Below the pieces are notes generated by a model. It was given only the letters and a program-made list of their open reading frames with translations. It was not told where the DNA came from and searched no databases. A DNA stretch of 64,000 nucleotides from Pecten maximus. Lineage: Eukaryota. This document shows positions 22,901-35,847 of this stretch, one piece after another. The translations under genes were made by a program, and so were the position numbers. The DNA lies in contig NC_047015.1 of the NCBI RefSeq assembly GCF_902652985.1, forward strand, positions 42,408,001 to 42,472,000. The letters are read 5' to 3'. How positions within the stretch are numbered: the stretch's first letter is position 1; each line of letters starts with the position of its first letter.

Positions 22901-25497
22901 CTTTGCCTATAAATTATAAGTAAAATTTTGATACACAGTTATTGAGTTAAAATGTTTGGAGCAGTGAAATGTAAAATAAAGTAATGTCCCAACTTTTTCC
23001 TCATACAATCAAGGTTATGTTAGAAATTAGCAAAATATAATATCTTTGAATGCATAGCTATATCTGAGGCTGGTTCAAAACCATTTGACAGTGGATACAA
23101 TGTAGGATGGTAGTTTACATCATTAATCATTATGTCATCGTATGTAAATAAATTTATGACGTGCATATGTAGGCACTTTCACTGAACTCCATTAGATATC
23201 ATTGGTGGGATTAGTATTGGGCATGGGTTAGTAACGATTAAACATTGAAGTAAAATGCACTCTCCTTCTGAAAACCAAAAAATAATTTTCAAGTTTATTT
23301 TGCTTTTTTTAGCATTACTTTAGGGATAGTAATGAGTCTAATGAACTTTTATTACATACATGTTTGATGACCATTTTTCTGAACATCTTTAAGATATTAC
23401 CAATTCATCGTCAGAGTCTGTCTCCTCAGACTCCGAGTCAGAGGGAGGGAGATCTCCAGGCTGCACTCCATCACCAACACCAACCTCTCCTCTTGCTTTC
23501 TACAACAAACATTGTACATAACTTTTAGCTAAAACTATCAAATGTTTGTAAGACATATAAATTTGCCTCAATTCCCACTCTGATGGAAATAGGGCTTAAG
23601 GAGGTTCAAAGCTCTAACCTTGATCATAAATGAGAGATTGACAATAAATGTTTCCATCCCAATTACACATCATTCTGTTCACAGTATATTGCTTCTACAT
23701 CCAACTTAAATGTAGTAAACTGCTATGAGTTTTCATGTTTGTTGTTATTAAAATATATTGTATATATGGATTGTCATTGTTATACTTAATATGTGTAAAT
23801 TGTCAAGGTAATCTCAAGTTCAGAAATGAAACATTTCGGAGATTTACATTTTCTGTCAAAACCTTATGGAAATGACATACCCGCCATTGCTGCTCACGCT
23901 CTGCTTTCTCCATGTCCGAATTAATTTGGTCTTCATTTGTAAAATGTCGTCTCTGACCCTTGAATATACGCTTAGCTCCTCTTCCGCCTCCTCCTCCTCC
24001 TCCTCCTCTTGCACCTCCTGAAGAAATAGTTGTTATAGTAATAGTTTACAATGATGCCTTGCGCATGCTGACCCTTAATATAAGTGTGTGTGTGTGAGAA
24101 ATTGGCAGACTTTGTGTCCAGAATTGGCAGTTCACAGTGCTTTCATCATCATGTAATAAAAAAGATCTGATATAAGGACAAACCCAACACTACCAAAGTA
24201 AGGACTAGAATTATACAACCTATAACTTTATGTAAAAAGGACTTTGTTTGACTAGAATTTGTTTTTTTATATAAGTAAGTCAACCATATTAAGCTTCTAT
24301 AAGATACTAATGACTAACATAGTGAAACAAAGGGAGGTAACTTTGACAGATCAGAAGCGGTCTTTATGACCTTGCAATTGAGTATGCCACTAACTTTATT
24401 AAAATCATTTAACATAAGTTCAATCCCATTTCAATAAAACATACAAAAAGTCTGAAATTTTGATGTTTTATTTAAGTCACACCGAGCCATTAAAAACCAC
24501 CCAATGAAATCTTGCAAAATTGACACTGTCTCGACTTTCTAAGGCCTAGCGGAAACATGGGTATTTTTAAGGCCTTGATAATATTGTTGGTCTTATATGT
24601 ATGTGTAGGGCATATCATATTCAAATAAATTGTACAAAATTTACTTCTGTTACATGTCTCCAGGGTCTGACTGCACAAAGTATGTAAACCTAAAAATAGT
24701 ACTATATCAACAGGTTGGGGAAAACCAGCAATTTGCATGCATATATATTGCGCAAACTCTGTTATAGTTATTATTCTGAGTATGTCTTTGTCAATTCACT
24801 GAAATAGTAAATTTTGCAATATAATATTAAAAGTCAAATTAATTTCATTGATGACAAGGTAACTAATATTTTACTGAACGAAATTTACAAGTGTTGGCTG
24901 CTTACAAAATTTATGTTACTCTACCTTAAGTATTCATAATGTTTTGGTACTTTCTATTTTTTTGCACAAGCAAATACATTTCACTTTTGAATTTAATTTG
25001 AATGATGTTTAATTTCATGGATAAATAAAATATAAATGTGACTTGGACGAAAATGTTTTAAAAGTGATTTTGGCAATTTTTAGTAACAAAGTTTTATCTC
25101 GATTAGTGTATAATTGGCAAGCTTGAATATTATACGCAACTTTGTGGTTTTCCCCAGCCAGGTTAAATAACGTCTAATTATAGACATACAATGATAAAAA
25201 TAGTAAACACTTTATATAAAGAAAATTGAATGGTTCCCCGTTTAATGTAACATATATACGATAATAACTAATAATTTATGTAATCATTTATATAACCAGT
25301 ATGACTGAGGCGTATTAAAACCAGTATACAATACATTGTAGTATATTATGTACTACAGTGAGTAGAGTAACAACGTGTGGGAGTCAAAAGGTTTGCCACA
25401 TGTGTTTTTGCTAATGAACACATTTGATGTGAAAGGTGTGGGGTATTTCTTTTTAACAGACAGAAAATACAGTGAATTATCGACTACCTCTTGGCAT
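19997..25497 (-). CDS. PDAP1: 28-kDa heat- and acid-stable phosphoprotein (PDGFA-associated protein 1), ~185 aa. Exons 25488-25497, 23881-24017, 23401-23499, 22781-22906, 20773-20927, 19997-20028; apparent +1 frameshift in exon 4
   Basis: Motifs [27 protein letters not shown] (after correcting the frameshift) and [27 protein letters not shown]; GT-AG introns; RGG/Gly-rich N-terminus. Confidence 0.93.
20913..21300. repeat. ~45-48-bp tandem repeat (~8 copies) built from the PDAP1 exon-5 acceptor junction
   Basis: Unit TTTCTATCTCCTCCCTGTAATGTTGTAAAATAGAGTCAATGTTAGA; the first copy is the true intron/exon boundary. Confidence 0.85.
21713..22590. mobile_element. pogo/Tc1-mariner-type MITE in a PDAP1 intron
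   Basis: CAGTAATCCCTCG...CGAGGGTAGACTG TIRs, repeated subterminal ATACCGCCACC motifs, flanked by (TA)n on both sides. Confidence 0.75.
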
Positions 25498-25762
25498 TAT
25501 TTCCGTAGGAACTGATCAACTCAACAAAGAACCTTCTCAGGATTTTGGCTCCTTCACAGACCTCGGCTGGTGTTTTACAAACCGGAAGTGCAACCGACTC
25601 TGTCCCCAATAATACAGTCGTAATCTTTCGGGCATGAAAAAACGAAGTTGTGAGCGAGAAGTGTTAACTCATCGTGTTCACCGTGTTGACCCGACGTTTC
25701 CCGAGGATAACACCAGTGAACTGAATAGCGCACAGTGGTAGTGTCTACATCGTAATAACACC
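25498..25762. promoter_or_regulatory. Bidirectional PDAP1/BUD31 promoter
   Basis: ATGs 265 bp apart and divergent; CpG-enriched; consensus ETS/GABP site ACCGGAAGTG at 25581-25590. Confidence 0.7.
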
Positions 25763-28700
25763 ATGCCGAAAGTAAAAAGAAGTAGGAAACCTCCCCCAGA
25801 GGGATGGGAGCTTATAGAACCAACAATTGACGAACTCGATCAGAAAATGCGGGAAGGTAAAAAGTGAATGACAATCGTTCTCATTATGAGCCTGAGTAAA
25901 GAAACGATCTGACGATTTTGTCGTATTTTTGGTTTTTAGAGATATTTCTATATCCAAAGTCATCAAAATAGAGCAAGGTTTACAATTATTTATAATTAAA
26001 CAGTAAACGCTTATACACTATATTACACAACAACTCGCAAAAAAAAAAAATGTAAATACGGGTTGACTTGTAGGATGGTCCACAGGGGCATGTCTTAGTC
26101 TTTATATTAAAAAAAGAGCCAGAAAGTATTCTGGCTATTTTTTTTTTATATAAGACTAGACATACCCCTGTGGATGGTCCGAAAGGTTTTGACCGTCTAC
26201 AATCAAGACTCACCATCTGATAATAATTCCTGATTCGCTATGAACATAACAATAAATAGTAGGCGATGGAGAGTCAGCAGAACCCTGTGCAAGTTGTAGG
26301 ACTCCTACCACAGGAACCACAATAGGTAATTCAGGCTGATCTCAAACTGGTCAGAACAATAGATTAGGCCACTCCCACTGGTCTTAATTGGCTTGGGTTA
26401 AGCAGAGATGTATATATCAAAATGAATGGTACATGATTTGGTACATGACATGTAAAATTTGGTCAAAAAGTAAGTATATGCACAGTGATACAAAGTCAAA
26501 GCACCGAAGCCAGACCACCAGTGGGAGGGGATAAACTGGACATAGTGACATCACTAATCACTGTATGAAGGAGCAAATGTGTTTAGCATGTTCATAAGTC
26601 TTAATTATATATATATGTATACATTGATTTTGACAAATACTGTACCTGCTGACCCCATTGCCTGGTCGTAAGAGGTGATCATATCGTTTCACTTCTTTCT
26701 ATAGCACTTCCTAATGTCTCCCTAGCGTGAGACTGAGTGTTGACCCCTGTGCAGAAGGCTATGGATTATGTCCCCTGGCCGAGAAATAACCAGCCTATAC
26801 AAATTGTAGTTGCTACTCCTGCTTATAATGCTCAGCATTTATTGGAGTGGGACAACTGGTGCACCCTATGTCAGAATAATGAGACTGAGTGGGGTGTTCT
26901 ACTGAGTGTCTTTGGCAGTGTGCTTTATTGAGGTAAATCTTCAAAATCAGCATCAGTTCTGCGCTGTCACAAGGAAACAAAAAAGAACACATATTCACCA
27001 CATTCATTGATCTCACACAAGAACAGCCATCCTAAAACAATGCTAAACTAAACCAGTTCACAAAATTGGGTAATTTCATTCAAAGTGTCACCAGATTTTA
27101 TCTGGCGAAGTTTTTCAAACTTTAAACTGACACCCATATATAACATCAGAATAGTCTAGTTATTTTACAAGCACTTATATCACAGATTGATGATTTTCCT
27201 ATAGTTGGGTACAGTCGAGAAAATTTCAGCATACAAAAGTGTCTATATATTTAGTAAACAGAAAATCAAATTATCTAGATCTATACATTAAAAAAAAAGA
27301 CATAGTCATTATAACAAGTTAAGTGGCCCCCTTGTGCTCCTCTGGGATGTTTTCCTTTTCCAAACCAGGTAGATTAATAGAATCTTTCACCCCTTTTGGG
27401 GTGAGATAGGGGAATCTCAACCCGAGGGGGAGATTGTTAAATTCCCAAACACAAGGCTTGTGACTTGCTAGTGTTTGGGAACTTAACAATCTCCCCCTGA
27501 GGGTTGAGATCCCCCTATCTCATCCCAAAAAGGGGTTAATGATTATTTTTCTCTTACTCATTTGTTCTTTTTGAATGTCAGATATCGGTATTATTAACAA
27601 AACAAATTAAAATAAGTATTAATTATCAGAGTTAACTGAGTGTTTGGTGTTCTTTTTGACAAGCTTATAGGAATTGGTTTGTATGAAATCAACATGTACA
27701 TCGTAAGGTGTAAAGCGTCTGCTGCAGCCTTATCACAACAGTCATCCGCCGTCCACATGTTGTTGTTTCTATACGTTTGGATTTGGTTCACACTACGATT
27801 GGAAAACAGAGTAAGAGAAAGATAATCATTCACCCCTTTTTGGGATAAGATAGGGGGATCTCAACCCCAGGGATGTTGATTTCATACAAAATATAAATTT
27901 CAGATTAGCTTGTCAAAAGGAACACCAAACACTCGGTTAACTCTGATGATTAATACTTATTTTTAAATTTCCTGTGTGAATGATATTGATATTTAATATT
28001 CAAACGTTCCGGGTCAGGTCATAGTGATGTCACTCTATCGAGATCAAGAGCACATTCCAAGAGCATGTGTAGCTTGTCTTTTTCCTAGGGCGAGATCAGA
28101 AAATCTCACTCCTGTAAAACTGCGGATATCCCTGTCCAGGGTAAGAGAAAAATGTATCTAGGCCACCTCGACCACCATCTTCATTATCTTTAATAACATA
28201 AAGAGAGACATTTCATTTGATGATCATATTGATATCGAACATTTTTTCGATACAGTAATAATTAGAATGGTCTAAGGACTGAACCTTGTAAACACCAGCT
28301 CATATATATACGGTATGCTTAATAGTTGAACTAAACCATAGAAATGACAATGAAGGTCATGACCCATGCTGTTCATAAGTAGCCAATTTAAACAAGTACA
28401 TTACTAGGTATATTACTGTGAAAGAGCAGAAATGAAACCAAATAATGTACATGTATCCAGGTACAAATAAATAAAAAATATTGTATGCTACATGTAAAAA
28501 CTCTTCCTAATGTATGAATTGTCCAGTTATATCATGAATAATTTTTTGAACATCTTTTTATTTTCCAATTACAGCTGAAACTGATCCACATGAGGGCAAA
28601 AGAAAGGTGGAAGGATTGTGGCCTATATTCCGTCTCCACCACCAAAAGTCACGCTATATCTATGACTTGTTCTACAGGAGGAAAGCCATTAGCAGAGGTA

Positions 28701-29432
28701 GTTTATAGCTATCTATATGTAAAGAATTATTAACTGATCTCGGAAATAATCTTTATCTTTCTTTTCTGATAACAATTTCAATACATTATACACATGATTA
28801 TTTTCAATGAAGTAAACATTGCACACAAAATATCTTTTCAGTGCTTCATCTGAAAATTTCTTTTAATACTTTCCCTGAATTTGGACTTTTTAGTGACAAA
28901 AATTAGGGCACGTTTTTCTATTATGCATCCTTCACAGCACATGGTATTACAGAATAGGTGCAATGTGCTTCATTGATATATATATTTTGACATCAACATG
29001 AACATCACAAAAAAGGCAACTGTTGTGACATTGTTAACTATTTATTTGTATTATACTTCAGAGCTGTACGAGTACTGCCTTAAAGAAAATATTGCTGATA
29101 AAAATCTCATTGCAAAATGGAAAAAGCAAGGCTATGAGAATCTCTGTTGTTTGCGGTGTATTCAAACCAGGAACACAAACTTCAACAGTAATTGTGTCTG
29201 TCGAGTACCAAAGGGGAAGCTGGAGGCTGTAAGTAATGTCATACTTTTGTTTCTTGGTTACTTTTAAACTACAGATAAACTGCTTATACTGTAGCGGTAT
29301 CTTAAAATGTGATTTCAATTTTCATGTTATCAGGTCATCAACATACATGCAGACTGAAGTTTTATTTTCCTTTTTTTTCAGGGTAAAATTGTGGAGTGTG
29401 TGAACTGTGGATGTCGGGGCTGTTCTGGATGA
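25763..29432 (+). CDS. BUD31: Protein BUD31 homolog (G10), 144 aa. Exons 25763-25856, 28575-28697, 29062-29228, 29382-29432
   Basis: [21 protein letters not shown]...[19 protein letters not shown]...[18 protein letters not shown]...CGCRGCSG-stop; exons total 435 nt and phases are consistent. Confidence 0.97.
26082..26171. mobile_element. Tiny hairpin MITE (ACAGGGG...CCCCTGT, 9-bp TSD)
   Basis: Near-complete palindrome; TSD GGATGGTCC at 26073-26081 and 26172-26180. Confidence 0.75.
26740..26940 (+). mobile_element. Degenerate SINE central domain (Meta/MESC-like) in BUD31 intron 1
   Basis: GCTCAGCATTTA...GAGTGGGACAACTGG...TGTCAGAATAATG...GTGGGGTGT resembles the mollusc SINE conserved domain, recalled from memory. 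Confidence 0.4.
27376..28152. mobile_element. Hairpin-ended non-autonomous element (Crypton-like) with nested inverted repeats
   Basis: ~160-bp palindrome at 27381-27544; further inverted pairs ~27500-27560/27810-27870 and ~27609-27667/27906-27964. Confidence 0.5.
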
Positions 29433-30848
29433 TGGAGGGACAAAGTTCTACCTTTGAGTTTTCCAAGTAGGGCAAAAAGACCCTCAATATATTCACTCTT
29501 TCAGTTAGCAGACTAATGACTTTGAAATGAAGATAAAGGTCATTAAGGTCATTGTTCATGTGGAGCCCACTTGTGGTGGCTGGAAAGCATTTTACATTGA
29601 TTTCAATGCTGCATACAACAGATATCCAGTTTTGTCCTTGATTGCTATCAAAATCTTCATCCATCATTAAAACATACTGTTCATGCTTTTGAAGATCTGT
29701 TAATCAAGAAGACACAATCATGTATACAAACAACTTAAAAGCTTTCAATATTCAAAACAATAAAAGAGATCACTCCTGATTTTTTCTAGCCCCCAAAAAA
29801 TTCTGACACATAATGATTTTTTTTTTGAAAAAAAGATGCAGTTTTCTGAAAGTTTAGTTCAAAACTTGGCAGATTGATCTTTTTAAAATTACTGGTACAT
29901 GTCGTTTTGTTTTCACTAAATCATTATTGACAATTTGACATTTTAACTAATTTGCTCTGTACAAAGTTTTAGTTGTGAATTAAATCATTTTCTGCTCCTT
30001 GGATTTAACAACATACTAGGTTTCCATGAGCGAACTGTAGGTTACAGTATCAATCTTGTATGTACTGTAAATTGCTGTTGTATGCATATATGTATTCATC
30101 GAAAGTCAGTTAGAGGGTAGCTTGTTCATTATGTTTGATCTCGTGAGAACCCAAACATTTTTATCTTCCAAAATTTTCCTCATTTTGATATCTGTTTAGT
30201 TGGCATGTTGACTCGAAATCTCATTATTTTACCAATGAGATTATTAAAAAAAACATTCTTTTCTTTATCAGTTCTATTTTCTGGATATCTGTTTTTGACA
30301 ATTTCCTTGAATCCTTGAAAACAGCGAAAAATGTGCTACTACTGTAATAAATTGTTACTAAAATGACAATTTTTATGAAATCTCTATGTTTTTTTCAGAT
30401 AATTACGAAATACAGGAATAAACCAGATACAAAATTTGAGTGTTTTTATAAAGATGAAACCGTAATTTTAACTATGAGGTGTGATTGTACTTGGATGTAT
30501 GCTGATGATACCAATTTACAGGAGTGTGATTAATTATTGTAAATAAATGTTATCATACTGTGTATATATGTGTTTTTGTATATCACTAGGTGGTTTTATT
30601 GGGTACATTTGGGGGGGGGGGGGGGGGGTGCTAAATGTGAGCTTATGCCGTGGTGTAGAATCTGCCATCTGACCAGTATTCTGTCTGTCCAACGTCAACT
30701 TTTCCTTTAAACATTTAAACAATTCCTTCTCCATAACTAAAAGACCCAGATACCTGATATTGGGCCTGTACCATGCTGGGATAGATGGATGTTTAAATGA
30801 ATGACCTTGACTTCTTTCAAGGTCACAGATGTCAAAATATGTTTGGTA

Positions 30849-32562
30849 TTTTTAGGTCAACTTACCCAAAGGGTCAGGATGACCTATAGCCATCGTGTTC
30901 TGTCTGTCTTCGTACGCAGTGCGTAAGACTTTTTATTTCAAAACCCTACTTCTCCTTAACCTTTGCATGGATTACGTCCAAATTTATTTTGAAGCATCAT
31001 TGGGGGATAGCGATCATATTTTATATAATTGAGGCTGGTCTGACCCCTAGGGACAGAGGGGCGGGGCCCAAAAAGGCTGAAATTTTGCTTCAGAATCCTA
31101 CTCCTCCTTAACCCTTTGGTGGATTTCATCCAAATTTTGTCCGAAACATTGTTGGGGGGAGGGACTATAATTTATATAAATGAGACTGGTGTGACCCCAG
31201 GAGACGGAGGGGCGGGACCCCAAAAGGGGGACCTTTGGTGAATTTTTGTTTAAAAACCCTAATCAATCTTAACCCTTGGGTGGATTACAACCAAATTTGA
31301 TGTGAAACATCATTGGGTGAGGGCAATCATATTTTATATGAATGAGGCTGGTATGACCCCCTAGGGCCAGAGTGGCAGGGCTCAAAAAGGGGAACTTAGG
31401 TGACTTTTTGTTCTAAAATCCTACTCCTCCTTAACCCTTTGGTGGATTACAACCAAATTTGGTATAAAACATCATTTGGGGAGGGCAATCAAATTTTATT
31501 TAAATGAGGCTGGTGTGACCCCTGGGGCTTGAGGGGTGGGGCCCCAAAAGGGGAACTTTGGTGAATGTTTACTTTAAAACCCTACTCCATAACCAAATTT
31601 AATATGAAACCTCATTGAAGGAGGGAAATCATATTTTATATAAATGAGTCTAGTGTGACCAATATGGCCCTATTGGTTGGGCCTCAAAAGAGGAAATTTG
31701 CTGTGATTTTGCTTTTAAATGCTACTCCTCCTAAATTGTTAAGTGGATTACAACCAAATTTTGTGTGAAATGTCATAAGGGGATGGTAATCATATTTTAT
31801 ATAAATGAGGCCCCAAGGGGTACTTAGCTGATATTTTGCATTAAAACGCTACCCCTGCTTAATTTCTTAATGGATTACAACCAAATTTGATTTGAAATAT
31901 CATAAGGGACGGCAATCATAATTTATATAAACGAGTCGGGTCCGACACCTGGGGAAAGAATGGCGGGGCCCCCAAAAGGAGAACTTAGGTTAAATATTAC
32001 TTTAAAACGCTACTCCTAATTGATTACAACCATTTTTAGTGTGAAACATCATTGGGGAAGGACAATCCTAATTTATATAAATGAGGCTGGTCCGGACCAT
32101 GGGGACATAAACTTAGGTGAAATTTTGCTTTAAGATGCTAATCTTCTTTATGCCAAAATGGATAAAAACCAAATTTGATCTGAAACATAACTGTCTGCAA
32201 ACAGACAATTTATGGTAATGATGCTGGATTGAGGGGTGTGTCCCTGCTGTAAGTGTTTGAAAGATGACCGTTTAGGCCCATGTGCCTCTTGTTTTCTAAA
32301 TATGCAAGAGAGCCAGATTCATGGTATGGGCTAGCTGTGATATGGCTCTGAGTTTGGTCGTCAGAGCGTATAGAGTAGGCAGGGTATTGATATTTGTTCG
32401 GGGTTTGTGACATTAGTATGCTGAGGAAGGAAACTTTTTTTTTCGAAATCAGTACACTTGGGGTCTACTGTCACATTGGAATGAAGCATCAACATTAATG
32501 ACAACGATCAGTTTAAAAGTATCATCGGTAGGTGAAGGATACAGGCCCATTTGACCTCTTGT
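30849..32562 (+). mobile_element. Helentron-associated element with ~8 internal 150-160-bp tandem repeats
   Basis: Begins TTTTT-AGGTCA...TGACCTA hairpin plus GTCT-type microsatellite; repeats marked by CCTACTCCTCCTTAACC/GGATTACAACCAAATTT; ends GATACAGGCCCATTTGACCTCTTGT. Confidence 0.75.
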
Positions 32563-32870
32563 ATGTACTGGTGCTGTTTTCTGGAGCTATAAGATAATTA
32601 AAAACAAAACAAAAAACATCCTGCTACACTCACAATGGCGCGTTGTTTGTCATGTACAATGGTGTTGATGCTTATTCAGTGGACTTTGCTTGGAACCATC
32701 CTCCGTACATGGGATTCATGAAAGTCATCAATTTTGACGTACATTTCAAGAAACATTGCAGATGGCGCGATGGATTTTGTTTTCTTAAAAACTTACATAT
32801 GCTTGCAAGTATGAGAAAAATAATCAAACATGGATCTGTTTCGCGAACAAGTATATCTGATGCCTTGTGC

Positions 32871-32944
32871 GCAGGGACATGTCTTTGTCTTTATATATAG
32901 GTATTTCTGATTATTTTCATATATAAGACTAGACATGCCCCTGT
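32871..32944. mobile_element. Tiny hairpin MITE, same family as 26082-26171
   Basis: Shares the TATATAAGACTAGACATGCCCCTGT arm; degenerate 9-bp TSD GCCTTGTGC/GCCTCGTGT. Confidence 0.65.
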
Positions 32945-34119
32945 GCCTCGTGTAAGAGTTTGGCTGACCAGCTGACTGGCCAGAATTCTTACACTCAGGT
33001 CCCTGTCCACGGAACAGAGTAGACCCATGTTAGATTATATTATATTATTCTCGGATGTTGACAATTTGATCACGAACACGTCAATTAAAATTCGGTCAAG
33101 TTACGGCAATTTTCATCGGCGAATTATACATTCGTTCATCATTGAACCACAAAAGGAATGAATTTAAATTTGTATGCAAACTTAAGTTTGCCAAAAATAG
33201 TATTTTGGGTAAAAACCTCAAATAGGGCCTAGAGAATTTTTTTTAAAATGAAGAAAATACATGGTTGAGAGACATTTTGTCAGAAATTAGGCAGGGTATG
33301 AGAGAAAAAGATTCTTTCATTATGTGTGTATGTAGGATAGGGATATTCCACCCTCAGGGTCACAAAATGTGGTAAAAAACCTCGACAAGCCTCGCGTTTC
33401 ACCTTATTTCGGTTTGATGAATGATCGAGTCTTATAATCTTTACTTATTAGTCTTGCACATTTGAGGGCGTAATGGGAACAATGCGTTTCACTGACTGGA
33501 CCAGTTCGGAGATTCCTAAACTGTAATGTCTCATATAGCGCGCAAAACACTTCATCTACAGGAGAGACGTATTGATTAACAGTACCATTTTAACTTATAT
33601 TGATGTTAAAAAGTGGCACCATTTTGATGGTTTTTATTTAAATAACATCACGTGCTAACGATCGAAAACCATTACGGATTGTAAAATATAGAACACTTAT
33701 GTTCTATTGGCATACCAATCTGCAGGAGCAATGATAAAAACGTCCAATTAATTGTCATATATCTTTCTTTCAGTTTTGTTACGGCGATGTTTGTCTCTAT
33801 TATTCTAATATGTGAATGTGAGTATCATATATCCTCTTCCAAATGGACATTTAAGTCATAATGATACTTAACGTTTAAACGTAACCACTCTGATGTAACG
33901 TTTTTGAAAAAAAATCTATGTGGTGTTATACTTATCGCCATACACCCGATAAAAACATACAAACGATATTTACCGTATACAGGAAGGATGCTAGAAACGT
34001 CAAAACACCACAGCAGGTCAACATACATAGAGGCATAACGATATTATATATACACAATACTTAGTTAGAAAATTATTTTCGAGATTGTTCATAGTTCGAG
34101 AAAGTAAATCAAACGCAAT

Positions 34120-34770
34120 CGAAGTCAGCGTTTAGTTTTTGTTGTTGGAAGTCGGCGTTTAGTTTTTGTTGTTGGAAGTCGGCGTTTAGTTTTTGTTGTT
34201 GGAAGTCGGCGTTTAGTTTTGTTGTTGGAAGTCGGCGTTTAGTTTTTGTTGTTGGAAGTCGGCGTTTAGTTTTTGTTGTTGGAAGTCGGCGTTTAGTTTT
34301 TGTTGTTGGAAGTCGGCGTTTAGTTTTTGTTGTTGGAAGTCGGCGTTCAGTTTTTGTTGTTGGAAGTCGGCGTTCAGTTTTTGTTGTTGGAAGTCGGCGT
34401 TCAGTTTTTGTCGTTGGAAGTCGGCGTTCAGTTTTTGTTGTTGGAAGTCGGCGTTCAGTTTTTGTTGTTGGAAGTCGGCGTTCAGTTTTTGTTGTTGGAA
34501 GTCGGCGTTCAGTTTTTGTTGTTGGAAGTCGGCGTTTAGTTTTTGTTGTTGGAAGTCGGCGTTCAGTTTTTGTTGTTGGAAGTCGGCGTTCAGTTTTTGT
34601 TGTTGGAAGTCGGCGTTTAGTTTTTGTTGTTGGAAGTCGGCGTTTAGTTTTTGTTGTTGGAAGTCGGCGTTTAGTTTTTGTTGTTGGAAGTCGGCGTTTA
34701 GTTTTTGTTGTTGGAAGTCGGCGTTTAGTTTTTGTTGTTGGAAGTCGGCGTTTAGTTTTTGTTGTTGTTT
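34120..34770. repeat. 27-bp minisatellite, ~24 copies
   Basis: Unit GTTTTTGTTGTTGGAAGTCGGCGTT(T/C)A, no spacers. Confidence 0.95.
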
Positions 34771-35847
34771 GTTTTAGGTGTTAATCCTTTTACTTGCAAG
34801 CTTCCATCAACTCATCCAATTTGTTGTTGTTGTACACTTTCATCTCTTTACTTTGGGCGAACATATTGCATTATAACTGGTGATATAAGAGTTTTAGTCT
34901 CTAAATGAAAGTGGCCCAATATCAGAAGGAACTCACAATATATGAATGAAATGTGAACGGCGGCTCCATAACTTAAAACTAAAACTATAGATATGGAATT
35001 TATAGTTAGTAATGTAATCATGTACGTCCTTTACTGTGATATATCGGAACATGTATATCAATATCAAAAATAACGTTCCGTAAGAAGTGTATCTATATTA
35101 CAATCAAAGGCGCTAAAAGCGGCAATGCTGATAGATATATCTTACACCTCAAAACGAGACACGCTGCTTTGACTTTGAGCTCACGTTCACACTTTCAAGT
35201 TTGTCATAACTTGATGATACTGGTGTAAAACCACATCCAACGACTTGTATGAACAGTTCGTGGTTGTTTTCCCTGACATATACATTTATACTAAGTATTA
35301 AGTATTTCTTACAGACAGAACTGTATTATCTAGGCGTGTTTGATAATTAATTGAACTCTTCTTGAAAGGTTTTCTAGAAAGATAAAATCCTAAAAACTGA
35401 ACTACAAACTTCACAAATCATACTTGTTGAATTGGATGGAAGCGCACGAAGGGTCTTACTGTGGAACGGAAACCGAGTACCAAGAGAAAACCGCACACGG
35501 TACCCTCCTACCTTACTGACATCCCCCATGGAACCGAAGCCGAGTTGAAACAGATCAGCCAATTGCGTTTTCATTGGATGTACTTTTAATTGTAACAAGA
35601 TCTCGATGGAAAAACTGACGGCCATAAAGTTTACGAGATACGGTTAATATTTCATTTTAATTGTATACATACTGACACGCAAAAAGTATTTAGATAACCT
35701 CAAACAAATCATATCACGCAACCTTACTTAAACGAGTCATTATGGGAATTAAATAACTTTCCCGTGCCGTCAGCAACTGCTTGTGGCAAACGTTCGTTTA
35801 AAGGTATTTGGCGAAATTCGCCCTGGCTGAGAACATTCGTCGAAGAT

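Noticed and set aside
34327-34539. ORF of LLEVGVQFL repeats / CRISPR candidate
   Set aside because: Artefact of the 27-bp minisatellite where TAG became CAG; no spacers.
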